This document shows, piece by piece, positions 1 through 8,796 of a DNA stretch of 52,536 bases. Under the pieces are notes generated by a model. It was not told the DNA's origin. It made no database searches and was given only the letters and a program-made list of their open reading frames with translations. Numbering within the stretch: the first letter of the stretch is position 1; every line of letters begins with the position of its first letter. The DNA comes from a virus (Duplodnaviria; Caudoviricetes): IMG/VR virus record IMGVR_UViG_3300043372_000056, positions 1 through 52,536 of that record; one strand, written 5' to 3'. A program made the position numbers and the translations under genes.

Positions 1-183
1 GACCCGTGGTCTGGCCCAAGTTGGTAAGAGCTTGCATCTGCTGGCCAGTGAGCTGACCGGCGGTCTGGCCAAGGTTACCGTACTGGGCACCACCCTGAAG
101 AACGCGCGACAAGTCTGCGCCGCTGATGCTGCCCACGGTGCCAGCCAACTGAGCCTGCCGCGCCAGATCGGCTTGGGCGGCGC
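1..183. repeat. Terminal direct repeat, left copy (circular closure overlap)
   Basis: 1-183 matches 52354-52536 except A56 vs G52409 (GGT/GGC, Gly, synonymous on the minus strand). Confidence 0.95.
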
Positions 184-1555
184 TGAGAGACTGACCGTAA
201 CCTTGCTGGGCCGCCTGTGACTGTTCTCTAAGGATAGCCTCCTGCGTGTCTCTCAGAGCGCGAGAACCGAACTCGCCCATCCGATTGCTACCAAACTGCC
301 CAGCCTTGATGAAGGCGTCAGAGACTTGCGGCAGCAGGTTCTCGGACAGGTTGCGGGCACCCTGTTTTGCGATTACGTCTAGCACACCCTGCTGATAGGG
401 CGACATATATTGGCCGACCTGAGATGCCGACGTCTGACCGGCAGCGGACAGATACGGATTTGCCGCTGTCAAAGCGCGCTCAGCAAGCGATTGGGCTGTG
501 GTGCTCTCAGCCTTGCCCAACAAAGGCTGCGCCGCGCCCACAATGTCCATCGACCCGGCGCGATTAAGATACGGCTGCGCCGCGCCCACGATGTCCAGGG
601 CACCGGCGCGATCAAGGTATGGCTGGGCTGAACCTATAACATCCAAAGCCGACGCGCGCTGAAGATACGGATCAGCGGCTTTAACGCTGTCAAGGGCGTT
701 GGCTTTATCAAAATATTTTTGAGCCGCCCCGATACCACTTTTTGACGTAGCTTGATCAAAATAAGATTTGGCGGCACCCGCAATATCTTGAGATGCGGCT
801 CGATTAAGATAGGGTTGACCAGCCCCTATAATATCTTGAGATGCTGATCGTTGAATATAAGGCTGCGCGGCTCCTGTAATATCTTGAGATGCCGCTCGAT
901 CAAGATAAGGTTGAGCCGCGCCTGCAATATTTTGAGATTCAGCGCGTTGATAATAAGGCTGGGCCGCTCCTACAAAATTTTGAGACGCGGCTTGGTTAAG
1001 ATAAGGTTGCGCCGCTCCTGTAATATTTTGATACGCCGCTTGGCTCAAATAAGGTTGCGCGGCTCCCATGAGGTTTTGAGATGCGGCTTGGCCCATATAC
1101 GGCTGGGCCGATCCCAAAATATCTTGAGACCCGGCACGCTGAAGATAAGGCTGGGCGACCCCGGCAATGTCCATCCCGGCGGCTTGGCCATACAATTGCT
1201 GGCCAGCGTTAAGGCTTGAACCGACCAAATCTTGCCGAAGATACGGAGCCTGACCGGCTTTAAGCTGATCCGCGGTTCCCCTGCCGGAAAAATCCTTCAT
1301 GCCCGTGCTGGCAAAAGTCATGTCGGGCTGGTACGCCCCGACGTTCTTGTTTACGAGATCATACGCCTGCATCTGTTGCGGGGCAAAGCCCGCAACTGTC
1401 TCACCTGTATAAGGTGTATATGGCCGGTTAGCTATATTTGTCGATGTTTGAATTAAATTGTAAATAGCATCTTGCATCCACTTCGGTGTTTCCGAAGTGT
1501 TTTGTGCATACGATGTGGCAACTTGCGGCGTGCCCTGAAACAAACTTCCAGACAT
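1..1555 (-). CDS. 5' part of an ~888-aa repeat-rich putative ejection/DNA-pilot protein; continues across the circular junction into 51242-52353
   Basis: Not in the ORF track. Hand translation from ATG 1555 (overlapping the upstream TGA) is open to base 1: MSGSLFQGTPQ...ETPKWMQ...RPYTPYTGETVAGF...YMSPYQQGVLD...; it is in frame with ORF 51242..52501. Confidence 0.85.
   Translation of the reverse strand, partial: MSGSLFQGTPQVATSYAQNTSETPKWMQDAIYNLIQTSTNIANRPYTPYTGETVAGFAPQQMQAYDLVNKNVGAYQPDMTFASTGMKDFSGRGTADQLKAGQAPYLRQDLVGSSLNAGQQLYGQAAGMDIAGVAQPYLQRAGSQDILGSAQPYMGQAASQNLMGAAQPYLSQAAYQNITGAAQPYLNQAASQNFVGAAQPYYQRAESQNIAGAAQPYLDRAASQDITGAAQPYIQRSASQDIIGAGQPYLNRAASQDIAGAAKSYFDQATSKSGIGAAQKYFDKANALDSVKAADPYLQRASALDVIGSAQPYLDRAGALDIVGAAQPYLNRAGSMDIVGAAQPLLGKAESTTAQSLAERALTAANPYLSAAGQTSASQVGQYMSPYQQGVLDVIAKQGARNLSENLLPQVSDAFIKAGQFGSNRMGEFGSRALRDTQEAILREQSQAAQQGYGQSLSAAQADLARQAQLAGTVGSISGADLSRVLQGGAQYGNLGQTAGQLTGQQMQALTNLGQTTG
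500..1205 (-). repeat. ~14 degenerate 48-bp (16-aa) coding tandem repeats, consensus AQPYLxRAASQDIxGA
   Basis: Read directly from hand translation. Confidence 0.9.
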
Positions 1556-3552
1556 CAGGCAACTCCCTTCAAATAGGTAAGCGGAGATTTAGCATCCGGG
1601 CTGAATTTACCTCGGGCGAGGGTTTTGCCTTTGTGCTTGCGGATTTCCGCCCGCATTTCATCCAACCGCTTTGCACCCGCCTTGCTCGATCCATCACCGA
1701 GCATGGCGACGGTTTCCGCATCTATAACATACTCGCCATCAGAGAGTTTGGCATCAATTTCATCCGAGCGCCCGGTGCCGCCGCCTCGCACAAAACGAGA
1801 CATGGCATTCAAGCCGCCCTGCGCCATTGCCGGGGCTTTGTTGTATTCGCCGCCGCTGACCCGGTTCCAATTTTGCGCCATGAACTGATCGAGCGTAAGG
1901 TTGCTGCTTGCAGCGTCTGCTGAAAGTTTGTCCCAATCCCACACGATACTCGGGCGGTTGAAATATTCTTGCTGAGCGGGGGATAGGTTTCTGATTGCGC
2001 TCTGCACGGCGGGAGGCGCGGTTTTAGACGAACCCATGCCAGACAACGCCGCGAGAGCGGCACCGCCCGCAAGAAGTGGACCCAGCCGACCCAGAGTGCT
2101 GCCGGAGGATGTTGCACCGGTTGTCGCCGCCCCGACGCCTTCACCATAAGTGTCAGTGATATTTGGATTTGCGGTCAGATTTGTGGGTGCGGCTGCCTGC
2201 TGGGCAGACGGGTCCGTCATGCTAGTCATGAGCGCATTGTTGTTAAACGTAGGCGGCATAAGAGTGGGGTTTTCAGCCACCCCGGTGAGGCCGGTCAGGA
2301 ACGTGTTCCCGCCAAATCCTGGCGCAGCCGGTGCTGCGGTTGTTGTGGCTCCAGGGGCTGTGGGTGCCGCACCCGTGGCAATTTGTTGATTACCTTCGCC
2401 GCCGAAATCATAGCTGGCAACCGGGCTGGCATCGGATGCAGCCGGTGCTGCGCCGTTTGTCGTGTCGGCGGCGGGAGCAGCGGCAGACGACGATGTCAAG
2501 CTCGACAAAGACGGCAGGTTAGTTTTCAACAAGCCGCTGGCAAGACTGCCAAGACCGCCGAGACCACCGGCCTGCAAAGCCTCTGAAGGCGATTGGCCTG
2601 CGGTGAGGGCGTTACCGAAACCTCTTGTCGCTCCCGCCACCACGCGGTTCAAGTCGGCGTTCTCAATGCCGAGACCGCCCATCCCGCTAATGCCCGCACC
2701 AACAGCGCCTGTGATGGCCCCGGTGATCGGATCGCGGCCTTGGAGTGCGGAAGCACCGGCACCAGCCGCCGCGCCACCAAGAAGATTTGCCGTGCCTTCT
2801 GACAGACCCAAGCCAAACGCACTGTTGATCCCGCCACCCAGGACGTTACCTAGACCCGCGCCAATACCGCCGGTCACCGCCCCGGTTAGTGGATTTCCAC
2901 CGCCAATGGCAGATGACGCCGCGCCCATGGCAGCGCCACCCAACACGCCAGCCGCCGTGCTTGCGGAACTAAGCAACCCGCCAGTGAGGGCGCTACCGAT
3001 CATTCCGCCAATGCCGGGCACAATAATGCTAAGGGCAATGGGCGCAACCGCCGCCAAAACCTTGCCCCACTTTATTTTCTTTATCCAGCTTTTGTATTCA
3101 CGCAGCCCGGTGTTTGGGTTGATCGTTCCCGAACCACCCGCACGACGAAGCATCGCCGCTTCGCGCGGGTTGACGTGCGCCAGTTCAGTGTCACCGCCTC
3201 GACCCCGCGCGGCCAATTGCCGGGCGGCAACGCTCAAACCACCCCGGGCGTAACCTTTCTTCGACAGACGATCTTGCAGGCCATAGAGGGCGACGAGCAG
3301 TGACACAATATAAACTTGGTCGTATTGCTCGGGCAGCATCTCTTCATCAACCATGTCATCGGCAATGGCCTTAGACCTGATCTCTGCGTACTTGTTAGGA
3401 TTTTTGATAATCTTTTCAAGGGTTTCAATGCCCTCATCCAGATCGTCTGGCATGATTGGCATATTGACGACGGCGCGCTCCATGGCGTCCACCGCCTGGG
3501 CGAATTTCGGATCGCTTTGGGCGATCTGCATGATTTGTTCGCGCATCGACAT
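1555..3552 (-). CDS. Putative internal virion/ejection protein, Gly-rich with hydrophobic segments and two D-x3-A-x5-E domains
   Basis: 665-aa ORF after the tail nozzle; motifs YARGG...GRGGDTELAHVNPRE...INPNTGLREY and MAQGG...GTGRSDEIDAKLSDGEYVI. Confidence 0.7.
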   Translation of the reverse strand: MSMREQIMQIAQSDPKFAQAVDAMERAVVNMPIMPDDLDEGIETLEKIIKNPNKYAEIRSKAIADDMVDEEMLPEQYDQVYIVSLLVALYGLQDRLSKKGYARGGLSVAARQLAARGRGGDTELAHVNPREAAMLRRAGGSGTINPNTGLREYKSWIKKIKWGKVLAAVAPIALSIIVPGIGGMIGSALTGGLLSSASTAAGVLGGAAMGAASSAIGGGNPLTGAVTGGIGAGLGNVLGGGINSAFGLGLSEGTANLLGGAAAGAGASALQGRDPITGAITGAVGAGISGMGGLGIENADLNRVVAGATRGFGNALTAGQSPSEALQAGGLGGLGSLASGLLKTNLPSLSSLTSSSAAAPAADTTNGAAPAASDASPVASYDFGGEGNQQIATGAAPTAPGATTTAAPAAPGFGGNTFLTGLTGVAENPTLMPPTFNNNALMTSMTDPSAQQAAAPTNLTANPNITDTYGEGVGAATTGATSSGSTLGRLGPLLAGGAALAALSGMGSSKTAPPAVQSAIRNLSPAQQEYFNRPSIVWDWDKLSADAASSNLTLDQFMAQNWNRVSGGEYNKAPAMAQGGLNAMSRFVRGGGTGRSDEIDAKLSDGEYVIDAETVAMLGDGSSKAGAKRLDEMRAEIRKHKGKTLARGKFSPDAKSPLTYLKGVA

Positions 3553-3558
3553 GCTATA

Positions 3559-3792
3559 TCACTCCAAAGTTTGGCAGAACCGTTCTGCCCATTCGTGCCA
3601 ATTGTCAAAAGCGTATGGGATTGGCATGTTTTCTTTAAGGGTCATGTTGTTTATAAACTGCATGGCCCAGTTTTGCCACTGATCTTCGATGTCCAGCCGA
3701 CCGAACGCCCCGAACGAATCCAGATCAAGCGCAATTTGATCTGCCCAATCTCTAAGCCCCATGCCAGTTGGCAGCGTGACCCTCGGTCTCAT
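3559..3792 (-). CDS. Hypothetical virion-module protein
   Basis: 77-aa ORF coupled (ATGA) to the nozzle gene; W-x-x-W-A motif three times. Confidence 0.75.
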   Translation of the reverse strand: MRPRVTLPTGMGLRDWADQIALDLDSFGAFGRLDIEDQWQNWAMQFINNMTLKENMPIPYAFDNWHEWAERFCQTLE

Positions 3793-5627
3793 CCAAGCAC
3801 CGTCTTATCGCCGCTGCTCATGTGGCCGATGATCTGGCCCATCTGGTAATCACCATAGACCGCGTTGCTCTCAAACCGCACGCGAAGCTCACGGCGTTGT
3901 TCCTTCAGCATGACGATCTGCTCAAACGGCATCCCGGCAGTTTCAGGAAACTCAAACTGCGTGCTGTAGACCTCGGGCGCGCGGGCATTTGCTCGACCGG
4001 TCACTTGCACCGTCATCGGGCCGCTTTGAACAAAGTCAGGCTCAATCGCGGTGATGCGGACATATTCGTTTTTACCCTGCACCAGTTGTGAGATGTCAGC
4101 CGTCTCAAAATACGAAAGGATGGGTAAAATGTTAGGGCCATCATATTCGTCGGTTAACTGCTCATGCACCCAGACCCGGTATCCCGACCCGGTGTCTTCA
4201 ACGCCCGTCAGGATCGGGGCGGCAAACGAGTTATTGAATTGCCCAGCAGACCGACCATAGTTAGGCAATTCGGTGTCATACCAGCAATTTTCGCGCACAT
4301 TATAGATCACGGCGTGCGTGCATTCGGTCGCGTCGCCGCGAGGATAGCACCACCAGACTTCGCCAAAGCGCGGAACCTTGAAGGCGAAAACCCGACTGCG
4401 CTGGTTCTGGTTCAGGCCATCGAAGAACCAGTTCAAGTTCATCGAGTTGGGCACTTCGCGCACCACACCGTTGAACATCATGAACCGGTCAACGCCGCAC
4501 CAGAAGAACACGCCGTCGTAATCCACAACGCACTGCGGCGACATGATCGAGGTGTCGGTGGCGATGATGTCAAACTGGAAGACCGTAGCACCCCCGGTGA
4601 ACGTGGCTCGCAGTACGGCATCAAACGCCCAGAAGATGCCCGCCGGGGCGGTGCCAGAACCGGCACGCAACGGGAAGCCTTTGATGATCTTCTGGCCCCA
4701 GACGCGCGCCAGGCCAGAACCGCTGCCTGTCAGGTTGGTGGGCTCGCCCGGCACCGACCAGCCGATGATGCCATCCGTGCCGTAATAGAAGAGGTAGGGG
4801 TGCAGGGAAACAATGCCACCCGTCACATTGGCATCCGGCGGCAGGCTGATCGACTTTAAGTCACCTGTTCCGAGCACCTCACCGAAGAAGATTTGACCGC
4901 CCTCGTCATTGCAGATGCAACGCTCGTTGGGAGCCACATGAGAAATCAGATAGTTCTGGCTGGTGGATGAATCATATTGGTAGTCGAACATCCACATGTT
5001 GCGTGCGGAATTGGTCAGCGCAAACGACCCGCCCGACATATTGGTTTTTGTGAATGTGATCGTGGTTGCCGTGGCAGCCACCACAAACCGGTTGGGGTCC
5101 GACCCGGCACCAATGGCCGCGCTGATCGTGATGACCGCCCCAACGGCAACGGCGGTGTATTCCGGCGAGGAGGTGTGGGCGTTGATGTTGGCGGCGACAG
5201 CGGTTGCCGTGGTCGCCAGATTAGTGGTGAAAGCCACGGACCCCGACATGATGTTCACGCTGTTGACCGTGATCGTGTCAACCGACCCCGCCGCGCCGCC
5301 GGTCAGCGTCACCGTGCCTGTAGCAGCTACGGCGATGGGCGTCCGGTCGGTCACAATCGAGCTATTGCCGGTCGCATCAATCGTGAAGCGGTCCAGCGTG
5401 GTCGCGCCGCCCGAGTGGCAGTACACAAAATTCTGCTGCGTGAAAGTCGAGAAGCCCCGGCTGATCTCTTGGAGGTATTTTTGGGTGGATCGGTATCCGC
5501 CCATCTTGCGAGGCAATGCGCGCTGCCAGCGCACCCATTGACCGTCAACGTAGAAGTCGCCCTCGAATTTCGTCCCGTCCCGCTTAATACCCGCATTGGA
5601 TTTCAGAACGACCGTGTTCACAGGCAT
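3789..5627 (-). CDS. Tail nozzle / tail tubular protein B (P22 gp10-like)
   Basis: 612 aa, beta-rich propeller-like character (FFWCGVDRFMMFNG, EVWWCYP...AVIYNVRENCWY); position before ejection genes. Confidence 0.65.
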   Translation of the reverse strand: MPVNTVVLKSNAGIKRDGTKFEGDFYVDGQWVRWQRALPRKMGGYRSTQKYLQEISRGFSTFTQQNFVYCHSGGATTLDRFTIDATGNSSIVTDRTPIAVAATGTVTLTGGAAGSVDTITVNSVNIMSGSVAFTTNLATTATAVAANINAHTSSPEYTAVAVGAVITISAAIGAGSDPNRFVVAATATTITFTKTNMSGGSFALTNSARNMWMFDYQYDSSTSQNYLISHVAPNERCICNDEGGQIFFGEVLGTGDLKSISLPPDANVTGGIVSLHPYLFYYGTDGIIGWSVPGEPTNLTGSGSGLARVWGQKIIKGFPLRAGSGTAPAGIFWAFDAVLRATFTGGATVFQFDIIATDTSIMSPQCVVDYDGVFFWCGVDRFMMFNGVVREVPNSMNLNWFFDGLNQNQRSRVFAFKVPRFGEVWWCYPRGDATECTHAVIYNVRENCWYDTELPNYGRSAGQFNNSFAAPILTGVEDTGSGYRVWVHEQLTDEYDGPNILPILSYFETADISQLVQGKNEYVRITAIEPDFVQSGPMTVQVTGRANARAPEVYSTQFEFPETAGMPFEQIVMLKEQRRELRVRFESNAVYGDYQMGQIIGHMSSGDKTVLG

Positions 5628-6829
5628 CAGAAGGCACCGCCGTCGATGTTACCGGCCTGAGCCACGCCGAGTGCCGCCCAGGCGGCGGGCTGATCCACCG
5701 CCGTGAACAGCGCAATGCCGGTGGCCGTACCGCCCAGGTTGATCCGGGCACCGCTGGCAGTGGTGGCGTTCGTGCCGCCCTCTGCGATGGTCAGCGGAAC
5801 CGAGATGCCCTGCGTCGAGGCGTTAAGGATGTTGGTCCCGTCGCAGTACAGGATGGCGCGAGAACTCTGGGAGATAACAAACCCGGCACCGCCTCCCGAA
5901 GGCGAAATGGTGAGCGTGTACGCCCCGGTGGTTTGGTTATCGACCCAATACTGCTGCACGGTGGCAGGCACCACGACAATGCGATTTCCGGTAAGAGTTC
6001 CGGTGAAGCGATAGGCCACGCGGTTCAGTTCCGAACCCGTGAGGGTGTAGGTGCCTGTACCCCCAATGGCGATCACCGTGTAGTCGAACGCGAACGTGGC
6101 CGACTGGCCGAAGCCAATGGTGAAAAAGTTCGTACCGTCAGACGCGATGATCGCGGATTCGCCGGGCTGAAACGAAAGGAACAGGGCACCGTTGATCGTG
6201 ATGATGCCGGGCGGGTCTGCGACAATCGCACCCGTGCCGCTGTTCCGCAGATAGACGAACCAGTTATTGCCGACCACCGTGGGGTCGGGCAGTGTGAAAG
6301 TGCCGCCCGCAGATGTCCAGTTGAACATCTTGGCGCGGTCGGTAACGCCCGCCGTGTAATTGGTGTTGAAGGTGGTGATGGGCACTGACTGGCTGAGCAG
6401 CGTGCCGACAGCCACAATGCCGGTACCGGCCAGGGCGCTGGCATTGGCGATGGAAGTTGCCGCGCCATACTGGAGGGAGCGCCAAACGCCCGCAGCGGTG
6501 GTGTTATCGGAGAGATAGACCTGCCACAGCGTACCTGCCGGAACCGTGACGACTTGCGTTCCGACGGAGTTTTTAACCGTGAAGGTGTGGGAACCACGGT
6601 TGTTGAACAGGATCGTGTTGCCGACGCCGGTTTTGTTGGCAGGCGGCAGGAAGATGCTGAACCCAGCCGCCGATGGCGTGACGTCAATGATTTTTGTGGC
6701 GAGGTTCTCGCTGGCGGAAGTCTCTTCGGGCCAGCTAAGAACCACATCAACGGTCAGCGCAATCGCGCTGTAGCTGATCTCGCTCGGATAGATATTCGCG
6801 CCGCCGAAAACGTCTTGATAAATGGTCAT
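5627..6829 (-). CDS. Tail structural/fibre-type protein
   Basis: 400 aa, Thr/Gly-rich repeated beta modules; GGTNATTASGARINLG motif; C-terminal IDGGAF. Confidence 0.6.
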   Translation of the reverse strand: MTIYQDVFGGANIYPSEISYSAIALTVDVVLSWPEETSASENLATKIIDVTPSAAGFSIFLPPANKTGVGNTILFNNRGSHTFTVKNSVGTQVVTVPAGTLWQVYLSDNTTAAGVWRSLQYGAATSIANASALAGTGIVAVGTLLSQSVPITTFNTNYTAGVTDRAKMFNWTSAGGTFTLPDPTVVGNNWFVYLRNSGTGAIVADPPGIITINGALFLSFQPGESAIIASDGTNFFTIGFGQSATFAFDYTVIAIGGTGTYTLTGSELNRVAYRFTGTLTGNRIVVVPATVQQYWVDNQTTGAYTLTISPSGGGAGFVISQSSRAILYCDGTNILNASTQGISVPLTIAEGGTNATTASGARINLGGTATGIALFTAVDQPAAWAALGVAQAGNIDGGAF

Positions 6830-7458
6830 GCCTCGGTCCTCGCCGCGCTACGGTCCATGATGCGTTTCATATCCTCGCCCGTGAGCGCCTGCGCGGTCCT
6901 GTCGTACATCGCTTGCCAAACCTGAATCCTCTCATCGCTCTTGAGGAATGGAGTAGCCTCCAACAGCGTGGCGTAGAGAAGGATGTCAGGTGCATACTCC
7001 GTCAGCCAGTTGGTTTGCAGATCGTCACCGAGCAGGGCGGGTTGCTCGTAATACATAACCTCGAGGACACCCGCCGTGCTGGGCGTGGGGGTGATCAGCC
7101 AGTGCTGAAAATCATAATCGGCGTAGAACTGCGGCGTGCCGGTCGAGGCCTCGTTGGGCCAATAGCTTCGCAGATATTCGTAGGATCGGGCAAAAATCGG
7201 CGTGCCGTTCACGGTCATGCTGATCGTGTCGCGCCAGCGATCCGGCTTGGCATAGACCGCCACGCCGACCTGCAAGCTGGTCTGCACCGGGCGGATGAAG
7301 CCCTGAATTTTGAGTTCACGCGCGATTCGACGCTGTGCCAGCGTGATCAAACGCGGTAGCTGCTCATAGACGATCTGGTCGCTCTCGGCGGTAAAACCGC
7401 GCTCGAGATAGCGACGAACGTCCACCAGCAAGCTGTCGTAAGTCATTACATAAGACAT
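6826..7458 (-). CDS. Head-to-tail adaptor / tail tubular protein A-like
   Basis: 210 aa; GTPQFYA...PTPS...YY...TNWLTEYAPDILLYATLLEATPFLKSDER pattern typical of podovirus adaptors. Confidence 0.65.
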   Translation of the reverse strand: MSYVMTYDSLLVDVRRYLERGFTAESDQIVYEQLPRLITLAQRRIARELKIQGFIRPVQTSLQVGVAVYAKPDRWRDTISMTVNGTPIFARSYEYLRSYWPNEASTGTPQFYADYDFQHWLITPTPSTAGVLEVMYYEQPALLGDDLQTNWLTEYAPDILLYATLLEATPFLKSDERIQVWQAMYDRTAQALTGEDMKRIMDRSAARTEA

Positions 7459-7546
7459 GCGCGCTCCAGAGCTATGTCAGAGGCTGATGCAGCCTGTGCC
7501 CGCAAAAAGGTTTATAGGCGTCAAACATCTGAGCGGGCAAGATGTT

Positions 7547-7753
7547 TTAGGGGCAGACGGCCCGGTTGAATGCCCTATCAACAGACATGGCATCGAGCAT
7601 GCGGGTCAATGCCGGTGCCGTGGCCAATTCACCAGCGGCTTGCCGCTGCAATTCTACCGGAAATTCAGTGACCCTCGGGCAGGGTCTGTTAGAAATTGCC
7701 TGTCCGCAGGCGGTCAGCAGCAGTAGACTGCTGAGCAGTACGAGCAGCTTCAT
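7547..7753 (-). CDS. Rz1: o-spanin (Rz1-like outer-membrane lipoprotein)
   Basis: Signal peptide with lipobox LTAC; Cys residues near both ends; overlaps the 3' end of the i-spanin. Confidence 0.8.
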   Translation of the reverse strand: MKLLVLLSSLLLLTACGQAISNRPCPRVTEFPVELQRQAAGELATAPALTRMLDAMSVDRAFNRAVCP

Positions 7754-7910
7754 CGGCGGATTTCCTTATTTCCTGTTCGAGTTCGGCGGCATTGGCGCGA
7801 GCATGCTCACCGCCGGTCCTGCGCCCGATTGCCCAAGCCGAAGCAATGGCACCGACGACAACGAGGATTGCGGCCAGCGTGCCTTGCAGCTTACCCCAAA
7901 GAGCGGTCAT
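7689..7910 (-). CDS. Rz: i-spanin (Rz-like)
   Basis: ATG 7910 overlaps the endolysin stop; N-terminal TM segment then helical region (73 aa). Confidence 0.75.
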   Translation of the reverse strand: MTALWGKLQGTLAAILVVVGAIASAWAIGRRTGGEHARANAAELEQEIRKSADEAARTAQQSTAADRLRTGNF

Positions 7911-8557
7911 GCGTCCCTCTTCTTCAGCAGATACACCGCCGCCAGCACGACAGCCCCAGCGACCAAGGCCACGCCCACCGCCCAGTGAATGCCGCTTAGG
8001 CTCGTCAGTGCCGGTGCCGCAGTAGCAGCCGCCGCAGCGACACCACCCAACTTGCTGGCATCCATCGCCATTGAGCCCTGGGCCGGTGTGGCGGGCTCGA
8101 CGCTGCGAGAGGATACGAAGGCACCCTTGGCCCACAAACCGGCTTCAGCGGCCCGCCTGTTGCTCAGACCGGCATTCACCTTTTTCTTGACTTTGTTCCA
8201 GCGAGCCAACTCGCCGGGCACTGCGCCTGCGTCGCCTGCGTTGAGTTTGCGGATAAGGGTGCTATTCCGCATGGCACTGGTGCCGACGTTGTACGTCCAA
8301 CTGACCAGGGCAGCGAACTGATTGTCGGTGAGTTTGGCGGTGACCGCGCGAGACACCGCTTCTTCTGCAATTGAAAGATCAATGAGAAGAAGTTTGTCGG
8401 CGTCTTCCTGGCTGATCCGCATGCCTTCGGTGACGCCCAGCGTATGGCCATATCCGATGGTCCAGGCATCGGCAGTGCAGCGGTAGGCCTCCAAACGGAG
8501 ACCCTCCCACTGCTTGATGAAAACAAGCCCTTCGGGGCTGATCCGGCGCGTCATCAT
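7907..8557 (-). CDS. Endolysin, GH24 phage lysozyme with C-terminal hydrophobic/TM tail
   Basis: E-x8-C-x5-T triad in EGLRLEAYRCTADAWTIGYGH; NQFAALVSWTYNVG; GLSNRRAAE. Confidence 0.92.
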   Translation of the reverse strand: MMTRRISPEGLVFIKQWEGLRLEAYRCTADAWTIGYGHTLGVTEGMRISQEDADKLLLIDLSIAEEAVSRAVTAKLTDNQFAALVSWTYNVGTSAMRNSTLIRKLNAGDAGAVPGELARWNKVKKKVNAGLSNRRAAEAGLWAKGAFVSSRSVEPATPAQGSMAMDASKLGGVAAAAATAAPALTSLSGIHWAVGVALVAGAVVLAAVYLLKKRDA

Positions 8558-8796
8558 GATAACTCCGTTTCTTTGATAATAGCCGTTGATGTGTCTCTAT
8601 CAATGTTTAAAACGCCAAAGCAAACGATGTTATAATCTTCGCTATCTGATTCTTTTTCGCTTTTGATCGGAACGTGAATGTCTAGGTGCTTAAAAAGATA
8701 TTCTCGGTCATCTTCAAAAACACGCCAAACATGATCCATTGTGCCCCGTCCAGGTTTTCCACGCGACTTGTTGAACCGTATGCGGTACTTGTTCAT
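8554..8796 (-). CDS. Hypothetical protein
   Basis: 80-aa ORF with ATGA overlaps at both ends. Confidence 0.75.
   Translation of the reverse strand: MNKYRIRFNKSRGKPGRGTMDHVWRVFEDDREYLFKHLDIHVPIKSEKESDSEDYNIVCFGVLNIDRDTSTAIIKETELS

Noticed and set aside
500-1205. 48-bp and 54-bp periodic repeats as CRISPR arrays
   Set aside because: Units are degenerate, in frame and have no unique spacers; they are coding repeats. The Cas4-like gene belongs to the replication module.
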